From: Thermoanaerobaculia bacterium
GTDB lineage: Bacteria; Acidobacteriota; Thermoanaerobaculia; Multivoradales; Multivoraceae
Direction: 5' to 3'
Length of the DNA stretch: 64,000 nt
Assembly: GCA_963664405.1 (NCBI GenBank)
Contig: OY761158.1
Span: 2,112,001-2,176,000, forward strand
The position numbers and the translations under genes were made by a program. Shown piece by piece: positions 48,336-55,527 of the stretch. How positions within the stretch are numbered: the first letter of the stretch is position 1; every line of letters begins with the position of its first letter. The notes beneath the pieces are model-generated. The model saw nothing but the letters and a program-made list of their open reading frames with translations. It searched no databases and was not told the origin of the DNA.

Positions 48336-49933
48336 GGGCCATGCGAAGCGGACCACTGGTCGCGCAGCTCGGTCTTTAGGATCTTCCCCGAGGCATTCAA
48401 GGGAAACTCGTCGACAAAGATCCACTGGCGCGGAGCCTTGTAGGGGGCGAGGTGAGCACGGACGAACTCCTTCAACTCGTCCTCCTCGGGCGGTTGACCC
48501 ACCGGCCTGATGAAAGCTGCGACCTCCTCGCCCCACTTCGGGTCAGGGACACCGAGGACCGCCACTTCAGCGACCGCGGGATGATCGAAGAGGACGTCCT
48601 CGATCTCCTTCGGATAGATGTTCTCGCCGCCTCGAATGATCATGTCCTTCAAACGGCCGTGAATCTTGGTGTAGCCGCGCTCATCCATCGAACACAGGTC
48701 ACCGGTGTGCAGCCAGCCTTCCTGGTCGATCGCCCTCGCGGTCTCTTCGGGCATCTCGAAGTAGCCGTGCATGACCAGATAGCCGCGAGTGCAAAGCTCG
48801 CCGACACTACCCGTAGACACCGTCTCACCACTCTCTGTATCGACGATCTTGACCTCGGTCTGAGGCAGCGGCGGACCCGCCGTCGTCGCCTTGTCCTCTA
48901 CGCTGTCATCGGGATGGTTCTGAGTGATGCCTGGAGAGGCCTCGGTCTGTCCGTAGGAGATCGAAAAGCTCACCCCGAGCGTGCCTTCGATCCGTCGCAC
49001 CAGATCGGGGGGCACCGAAGTGCCACCCGAACAAACGGTCGTCAACGAGGAGAGATCTCGGGTCACAAAATCGGGATGCTCCATGATCTTGATCAGCATC
49101 GTTGGGACCCCGGGCAGGAAGCTGACCTTCTCGCTCTCGATCAGCTCGAGCATCAGGCCGGGGTCGAACTGTTCGACCAGAACCTCGGTCGCTCGCTCCC
49201 ACACAGCCCCGAACACCGCCAGCCCGCCGCCGCTGGAGTGGAATAGAGGAACGGCGTTGATCCACACCGGCCCCATGCGACCCCGCACCGCGGTCAGCCG
49301 CGCATTGTTGACCATGCCTCGATGATGAAGAAGCGCCCCCTTGGGGAAGCCGGTCGTGCCGGAGGTGTACTGGATCTGCACCGGCGCCTCGGGACTGACC
49401 TCGGGGAACGACGTGGAGGCAGAGGCGGTCGCGACGAACTCACCCCAGTGGTCGAAATCGAAGACAGTTCGGAGCTCGGGAAGCTGTGAGCGCACCTCGC
49501 TCAGCGACTCCTTCATTTGATTGCCGCGGTACTCCGACACCAGGAAGATCCCCGCAGCGCGTGACTGCGACAAGACGTAGGCCAGCTCCTTGGGTCGGTA
49601 GGCCGGGTTGACGGTGACGAGCACCATTCCTGCCAGCGCCGCTCCAAACTCGAGAAAGAGCCACTCCGGCAGATTAGGCGCCCAGACCGCTACCCGTTCC
49701 CCAGGCTCGAAGTGCTCGAGCAGGCTTCTCGCAGCGGCCTCGGCCTCGGCGAGGAACTCGGCGTAGCTCCATCGCCTTCGCTCTTCGGCGAGCGGGGCTC
49801 CCTCCACCAAGAAGGTGTGCTCAGGCACTTCCGCGGCGGCCTGGCGAAGAAGCTCGCCGACGGTGAGCTCGAGGATCTCCTCCGAGTCGTCCGCGGCCCA
49901 GTAGGAATCCGTCAAGGAGCGGGAGGTACGCAT
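48332..49933 (-). CDS. Acyl-CoA synthetase (AMP-binding)
   Basis: YTSGTTGFPKG, YGQTE, TGD, RLKDMIIRGGENIYP, GKILK. Confidence 0.93.
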   Translation of the reverse strand: MRTSRSLTDSYWAADDSEEILELTVGELLRQAAAEVPEHTFLVEGAPLAEERRRWSYAEFLAEAEAAARSLLEHFEPGERVAVWAPNLPEWLFLEFGAALAGMVLVTVNPAYRPKELAYVLSQSRAAGIFLVSEYRGNQMKESLSEVRSQLPELRTVFDFDHWGEFVATASASTSFPEVSPEAPVQIQYTSGTTGFPKGALLHHRGMVNNARLTAVRGRMGPVWINAVPLFHSSGGGLAVFGAVWERATEVLVEQFDPGLMLELIESEKVSFLPGVPTMLIKIMEHPDFVTRDLSSLTTVCSGGTSVPPDLVRRIEGTLGVSFSISYGQTEASPGITQNHPDDSVEDKATTAGPPLPQTEVKIVDTESGETVSTGSVGELCTRGYLVMHGYFEMPEETARAIDQEGWLHTGDLCSMDERGYTKIHGRLKDMIIRGGENIYPKEIEDVLFDHPAVAEVAVLGVPDPKWGEEVAAFIRPVGQPPEEDELKEFVRAHLAPYKAPRQWIFVDEFPLNASGKILKTELRDQWSASHGP

Positions 49934-49965
49934 CGTCTCACCCTTTCTTTCTCAGCTCGAGAAAG

Positions 49966-49981
49966 CAGACTACCTGGTCTA
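49966..49981. promoter_or_regulatory. Operator candidate CAGACTACCTGGTCTA
   Basis: About 32 bp upstream of the acyl-CoA synthetase start; AGAC-N6-GTCT arms. Confidence 0.55.
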
Positions 49982-50024
49982 TCCGGGCTTAGGAAGCGGT
50001 ATTAGGCCTAGACCGCTCCCCCCC

Positions 50025-50873
50025 TTACGGCGTCCCCGACAGAGCCTCTCGCAAGAACGATGCGACCTCGCCGATCAGAAGCCGCCCCGCCAGCAGCTCG
50101 TGGTCGTTGTGGTCGGCGCCGGGAATGGCAACGAAGCGCTCTGGGCGGCGGGCGGCTTGGAAGAGGCGCCGGCTCAGGCCGATGGGAACGATGCGGTCTT
50201 CTTCCCCCGCGATTACAAGCAGAGGCGAGTCGATCTCACCGATACGGTCGAGCGACGGATAGCGGTCGCGGAGCAGCAGAGCACGCACCGGCAAGTAGGG
50301 GTAATGAATTCGCCCGACATCCGCCAGCGAGGTAAACGGCGACCGCAGAACAAGCGCGCCCGGAGGGTGCGCTGCCGCCAGAGCCACCGCCACCCCGGCT
50401 CCCAGACTTTCGCCGAAATAGGCGATGCGGTCGCGAGAGAGACCCGTCTCGGTCTCGAGGTAGGCGAGCGCGCCTCGTGCGTCGAGGAGTAGGCCGGCCT
50501 CGCTGGGGTGGCCGGGATTGTCGGCGTAGCCCCGGTAATCGGTTAGCAGAACAACGAATCCCTCGCCTCGAAGAGCCTCGGCCAAGGGAGCACGGAAGCC
50601 TCGATGTCCGGCATTGCCGGGAAAGACGACCACAGCGCCAGCAGCCGGCGAGCTCGGTGAAACGAGCCAAGCGTTGAGACGCAGACCATCCTCGGTCTCG
50701 AAGCTGACCTCGCTTCCTCCGGGTAGCACGTCGCTCACCGGCGGCACCCGGCGTGTCAACGGCAGGTAGATGAGGCGCCTCTGAAAGGTGGCGACCAAGA
50801 CAACCAGCAGCGCGAAGAGCAGCAGTCCGACCGCTACGGCCATGGCAGCTCGCGAGCCGAGAAGTTCCATCAA
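50025..50873 (-). CDS. Alpha/beta hydrolase (ABHD13/17-like)
   Basis: N-terminal TM, QRRLIYLP, PGNAG, DYRGY, GESLG, GEED, HND. Confidence 0.88.
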   Translation of the reverse strand: MMELLGSRAAMAVAVGLLLFALLVVLVATFQRRLIYLPLTRRVPPVSDVLPGGSEVSFETEDGLRLNAWLVSPSSPAAGAVVVFPGNAGHRGFRAPLAEALRGEGFVVLLTDYRGYADNPGHPSEAGLLLDARGALAYLETETGLSRDRIAYFGESLGAGVAVALAAAHPPGALVLRSPFTSLADVGRIHYPYLPVRALLLRDRYPSLDRIGEIDSPLLVIAGEEDRIVPIGLSRRLFQAARRPERFVAIPGADHNDHELLAGRLLIGEVASFLREALSGTP

Positions 50874-51031
50874 GTCTGTGGGCTCCTCAGCGTTCCTCGG
50901 TCGCTTCTCTCAGTGGCGCCTCTTCCTACCATCTAGTGCCATGTCGGAGACACAACACTAGCTCGCAACCTCGATTCTAGCTCAGCGACTTATGGCACAA
51001 TGACATCGCAGGCCATCTCCGAAAGAGACCT

Positions 51032-51889
51032 ATGATGAAAAAAGCTTTCCGAGCCGATCAGAGGGTGGGATTGGTCGCGCTGGCGGCCGCCGTCGCCCTG
51101 GCGACGATCGCTCACGCTAACGATCCGAACGCCGGAGAGCGCTATCGCGTCAAGCCCGGAAGCGTGGTTGTTGCCTGCGGTGGTTTTCTGCCTCGCTGCG
51201 AGGTGCAGCAACTACGAGGAACCCTGACTCTCGGCTCGGAGCATGACAAGCCGGCGATCCTCGCTTCCGACCTCGAGATCAGCGCCGGCTCTTCTGCCCA
51301 CTTCCCCTTTCCGTCCGTCGGTGATCTTCAGCTGACCGAGCTCGTGGGGAGTGGCTCCGGGTCCGTGCTTCGCTTCGAGAGCCCCGCCGCCAGCCCACAA
51401 GGGGTCGCCCTCGACATTTTCCCTTTTGAAGAGGACCTGGGAAACGACGAGCACGAAGGGCTGGTTCTGGACGGTGTCTACGACGAGGGCTGTTGCGATC
51501 GTTTCACTCTGGACTTCGGCAACATCGTGCTGCGTCATGACTCCGGCGCCGACGCTCTCGAGCTCCACGGGCAACGCTTTCGCATTGGTGTCGAATGGCA
51601 GGGATTCTCCGGCCAGAGCGGCATCGGCCACCCCATCGTTCTCGACGACCAGTCGGGCTACTTCTGGTTCCTGGGCCCGGACAACCCCGAGATCTTCGTC
51701 AAGATTCTGGATGCCTGCAGCCTCAGCGAGACCTACTGGGTCTTCGTCAGTGGTCTCACCAACCTCGGGGTGGAGATCTCCATCTTCGATGAGCTTGGCG
51801 ATATCGCCATCCCGGTAACGAACCCCAAGCGCCGAAGGTTCGAGACCTTCATCGATACGAGTACCTTCGTCTGTCAAACGGGAGGTTGA
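51032..51889 (+). CDS. Secreted hypothetical protein
   Basis: Signal peptide; C-terminal SGYFWF...NPEIFVKILDAC....YWVFVSGLTN module that I recall from Thermoanaerobaculia-type secreted proteins. Confidence 0.65.
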   Translation: MMKKAFRADQRVGLVALAAAVALATIAHANDPNAGERYRVKPGSVVVACGGFLPRCEVQQLRGTLTLGSEHDKPAILASDLEISAGSSAHFPFPSVGDLQLTELVGSGSGSVLRFESPAASPQGVALDIFPFEEDLGNDEHEGLVLDGVYDEGCCDRFTLDFGNIVLRHDSGADALELHGQRFRIGVEWQGFSGQSGIGHPIVLDDQSGYFWFLGPDNPEIFVKILDACSLSETYWVFVSGLTNLGVEISIFDELGDIAIPVTNPKRRRFETFIDTSTFVCQTGG

Positions 51890-51893
51890 GCCG

Positions 51894-54536
51894 CTAACGA
51901 GCTCCCCCGGAAGCCATCGCTCCAGTCGGCCTCCGACCTACCCAGAAGGGGCTGGACCACGCACGCCCACCATCCAGTTGGGAAACGCGGACATAGTAGT
52001 AGTCGCCGGGCGCTCCGGGCTCCATGTCGACGAAGTCGAAACTCTGATGCCAGGGAGCTTCGGGATCGACGATCTGCAGCGCGACCCGATCCTGATGGCG
52101 ACCGACCGGAAGCACCTGTTCGACGCGACTGTCGTCGAGATCGCGCAAGCGCAGCTCGACATGGGCGGCGGGAATGTCCACCGGCTCACGGACCAGGGGC
52201 GGAGCGAAGCCGTTCTCGCGCGCGGCCTCGAAGTCGAAGATGAAGGCAGTGTCGGCCGACGAGCCCTCTAACTCCACCAAGAGGGTGTGCATGCGCCCAC
52301 GAGTCTCGACGTAGAAGCGAATCTCGTCGGAGCCCTCCGGCTCTACCCTCGCCCATTCGAGATAGCGATTCTTCAGACCCGGCGTCTGCAGGCTCAGCAC
52401 CTTCGCGCCTTCGACCCGCAAGGTGCCGGTCCACACCCGATAGACACGCGGGTTGTCGCGATCGGGCACGAAGACTTCCGACGAAGACTCGAAGCCCACC
52501 TGCACCCAGGCGTGATCGCTGAGCGGCGCCGACATGTAGCTGCGACTGAGGATGACCTCGGCGTTACGCACGACATCAATGCGATCGATGGGGGCCGTGC
52601 CGAGCACCTGGCACGCGATCTCGCGGCGATCGGCAGCCTCCAACCGCGTCCCCATCGGCTCTCCGTTGAGAGTCGCGTCGACGACGATGCGCTCACCCGT
52701 AGTGGCGTAGGCGCGCAACGAGCGCAGCCCATCAAAGATCCCGTCGGTGGTCTTTGCCGGCGCCAGCACCGCCGCCAGACCCCCGCCTTGAACCTGCGGC
52801 GAAAAGAATAGCCCCGGCGCGTATCCGGGCTTCGATCGGTGGTCGTCCGATGCCGAGATGAAGCCGATCTCGAAACCGTTCAATAGATAGCGATTGCCGA
52901 ACCACTCGAAAGTACCGTGCATCGAGGAGATCTCGACCAGCTTCTCCAAGTCCCCGTCGTTGGTGTTCCAGTCTCCCGCCTGGTGGGCATGTGGAATGAC
53001 CAGTACGTCCTCTACAGCGCTCTCTCGTCGCAAACCCTCGTAGAGATCAGCGAGAGCAGGAGCCTCCTGGTTCGGCACCCGACGGTGATCGGGGGTGCGG
53101 AAAAAGACGTTGTGATGGCCTCCGAGCTCGCGAGTCGCACTCCACTCGTAGCCGAGATAGGCGACGAATCTCCCTTGCTCGGTGAAGCTGCGGCTCATCT
53201 CCTGGAACATTCGCCACTCCGAGTCGTCCATTGAGGAGTCGTGGTCGGTCAGCGAAACGAAATCGAGGCGGGCATCGTCGCGGGCGTAGGTGAAGAACTG
53301 CTGCGCCGAGCCCTGACCCTCGGCATAACCGGAGTGACCGTGGGTCTCCCCCCAATACACACGGTAGGGGGGATCCTCGCTCACCCAGATCGGGTTGCTC
53401 ACAGCGTGGAGATCCCCATCCGCCGATCGCACCTCGAAGCGGTGAGGGCCAGGAGTCGAGATTCGAAGATCCGTAAGCACGACGATCGGCTCTTCCCCGG
53501 CCTGGACTGTCGCCACGGCCTCCTCCCCCAGCAGTACCTCGTAGGCGGGAGTGGCGCCGCTGCTGCGGTTGGTGTAGCGATCCTCACTGCGCACGATCAG
53601 CTCGAAGGGCTCGTCGACGGCCACCACCGACGGAGCAAAAGCCACCACCGCACGCACCTCTTCGCGCCCGACAACCTCCAATCCTGGCCAGTTGGCACTG
53701 TAGAAATGACCTTCGCCATCGAAGTCGAGGTAGATCGGCAGCAAGAGGTTGTCTGTGGTCAGGGTCTGGAGACGGAGGCCCGCCGACCCACCCTCGCGAT
53801 CGCCATAGGTGACCGTGAAGCTCTCCCCCTCTTCCAGGCTGCCGCTGAGCAGCCGAAAGCTGGGCATCGGCTTCGCATCCTTGAAGCCGCCGTGCCTCCC
53901 GCTGCGCGGAATGGTGAACTTCTCGAAGCTCACTTCGGGATCCGAGACGCGCAGAGAAACATAGCCATCGGCGGCGGGATCTTCGTGCTGCATATCTCCC
54001 TGGTCGGCCATGATCTGGCCACCGAGGAGAATCACGGCCCCGACTTCGAGCGGCTTGGTTCCAACCGTGTAGGTCTGCTCGATCGTGTTGTACGAGTCCG
54101 CGACCAAGGGCTCGGCTGACGCGAATCGCAGCGAGCCGATCGCTCCGGGATCCTCGTCTTTGACCCGGAGCTCGCGAATCATCCCGTCGAAACCGGCGAG
54201 CACTCGAGCCGGCGGCACCACACCCATGGTCGCGTCACGGGTCAGACGCATCACCGTAGTCGGGCCGTCGGCCGGCACCGCGCCCCCGGTCAGAGAGAAG
54301 GCGTTGCTCCACTGGAAGAAGACTTCGGAGCGCTCGACGAAGTTGCTCTCCGACGTCGGCTCCGCTTCGACCTCCTCCTTCAGTCGCTCGACGCGGAGGC
54401 GCAGCTCCGGGCTGAGGTAGTCCTCACGCTCCGAAGAAGGGGCCGAACAGGCACTGCAGACAACAATGGCAGCCAAGCCGTAGCTGCCTGCAAAGGCTCT
54501 CCAGAGACCTGTCCGCGGTTCCGATTCTCGCTTCAA
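51894..54536 (-). CDS. Large PHP/DUF3604-like metallohydrolase lipoprotein, paralogue 3
   Basis: Lipobox CSAC; DYLSPELR, WSNAFSLTGG, WGETHGH, TDHD, IPHAH, ASDDH, RAWSSPFWVG; the 55151 start rejected because it overlaps the SDR, TTG at 54536 assumed. Confidence 0.8.
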   Translation of the reverse strand: MKRESEPRTGLWRAFAGSYGLAAIVVCSACSAPSSEREDYLSPELRLRVERLKEEVEAEPTSESNFVERSEVFFQWSNAFSLTGGAVPADGPTTVMRLTRDATMGVVPPARVLAGFDGMIRELRVKDEDPGAIGSLRFASAEPLVADSYNTIEQTYTVGTKPLEVGAVILLGGQIMADQGDMQHEDPAADGYVSLRVSDPEVSFEKFTIPRSGRHGGFKDAKPMPSFRLLSGSLEEGESFTVTYGDREGGSAGLRLQTLTTDNLLLPIYLDFDGEGHFYSANWPGLEVVGREEVRAVVAFAPSVVAVDEPFELIVRSEDRYTNRSSGATPAYEVLLGEEAVATVQAGEEPIVVLTDLRISTPGPHRFEVRSADGDLHAVSNPIWVSEDPPYRVYWGETHGHSGYAEGQGSAQQFFTYARDDARLDFVSLTDHDSSMDDSEWRMFQEMSRSFTEQGRFVAYLGYEWSATRELGGHHNVFFRTPDHRRVPNQEAPALADLYEGLRRESAVEDVLVIPHAHQAGDWNTNDGDLEKLVEISSMHGTFEWFGNRYLLNGFEIGFISASDDHRSKPGYAPGLFFSPQVQGGGLAAVLAPAKTTDGIFDGLRSLRAYATTGERIVVDATLNGEPMGTRLEAADRREIACQVLGTAPIDRIDVVRNAEVILSRSYMSAPLSDHAWVQVGFESSSEVFVPDRDNPRVYRVWTGTLRVEGAKVLSLQTPGLKNRYLEWARVEPEGSDEIRFYVETRGRMHTLLVELEGSSADTAFIFDFEAARENGFAPPLVREPVDIPAAHVELRLRDLDDSRVEQVLPVGRHQDRVALQIVDPEAPWHQSFDFVDMEPGAPGDYYYVRVSQLDGGRAWSSPFWVGRRPTGAMASGGAR

Positions 54537-54582
54537 AGCGTCTTTCAAGCTACCATTCCAACTAATCCTTGGCAACGAAAAA

Positions 54583-54598
54583 TAGATTGATTGGTCTA
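54583..54598. promoter_or_regulatory. Operator candidate TAGATTGATTGGTCTA
   Basis: Palindrome extends to ATAGA...TCTAT with A/T flanks; lies in the divergent promoter of paralogue 3 and SDR-paralogue 4. Confidence 0.65.
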
Positions 54599-54663
54599 TC
54601 TTTTTTCCGGTAACCTGCCGCCCTCGGAACGAAGGAGTCAGCGCGTCAACAGGGGGCATCCAG

Positions 54664-55512
54664 ATGGGAATACTCGAAGGCAAGGTCGCCATCATCACCG
54701 GCGCCGGCAACGGTCTCGGCCGCTGCCACGCACTTCTCTTCGCAAGAGAAGGAGCGAGGGTCGTGGTCAACGATCCGGGCTGTGAGCGCGACGGCTCGGG
54801 CGAGGGCGATGCAGCGGACCAAGTCGTGCAAGAGATCCGAGACGCAGGAGGCGAGGCCGTCGCCGACAAAAACCCGGTCGGCACCTTCGAGGTCGCGCAG
54901 AAGATCGTCGACGGTGCCGTCGAGGCCTTCGGTGGTCTCGACATCCTGGTCAACAACGCCGGCATTCTGCGCGATCGCACTGCGCTCAAGATGTCTCCGG
55001 AGGACTGGTTCTCTGTGCTCACCGTGCACCTCACCGGCACTTTCTCCTGCCTCCAGGCGGCAGGGCGGGTGATGCGTGAGCAGGCCCGCGGTGGACGTAT
55101 CATCAATACCACCTCGATCGCCGGCCTCCAGGGCAACTTCGGCCAGAGCAACTACGCCGCCGCCAAGGCCGGGATCTATGCCGTGACCCGGACTGCCGCC
55201 ATCGAGCTCCAGCGAGGCGGCATCACTGTCAACGCCATCTCGCCGACAGCGCTGACAAGGCTCACCTCCGACAATGCCGGCGTGAGCGACGATTTCGGGC
55301 TGCGCTACGGCCCCGAGCAGGTGTCGCCGCTGGTCGCCTTTCTCGCTTCCGACGAAGCAGCCAACATCACCGGCCAGACCTTCGGGGTCGAAGGCACACA
55401 CATCTTCGCCTACCACATGCTGAGCACGGTGGGGGCGAAGATGCACGTCGGTGATGGGCCCTGGGAGCCAGCCGACCTCGCCGGACCGGTCCAACAGGCG
55501 ATGGCTTTCTGA
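54664..55512 (+). CDS. SDR oxidoreductase (3-hydroxyacyl-CoA dehydrogenase/MFE-2-like)
   Basis: TGAGNGLG, VVVND, NNAGILRDR, GNFGQSNYAAAK. Confidence 0.93.
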   Translation: MGILEGKVAIITGAGNGLGRCHALLFAREGARVVVNDPGCERDGSGEGDAADQVVQEIRDAGGEAVADKNPVGTFEVAQKIVDGAVEAFGGLDILVNNAGILRDRTALKMSPEDWFSVLTVHLTGTFSCLQAAGRVMREQARGGRIINTTSIAGLQGNFGQSNYAAAKAGIYAVTRTAAIELQRGGITVNAISPTALTRLTSDNAGVSDDFGLRYGPEQVSPLVAFLASDEAANITGQTFGVEGTHIFAYHMLSTVGAKMHVGDGPWEPADLAGPVQQAMAF

Positions 55513-55527
55513 GGCGGAGCTCTGCGC

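Noticed and set aside
54537-55151. N-terminal 205 aa of the 1085-aa ORF
   Set aside because: It is the antisense shadow of the SDR at 54664; the lipobox and similarity to the paralogues begin near 54500
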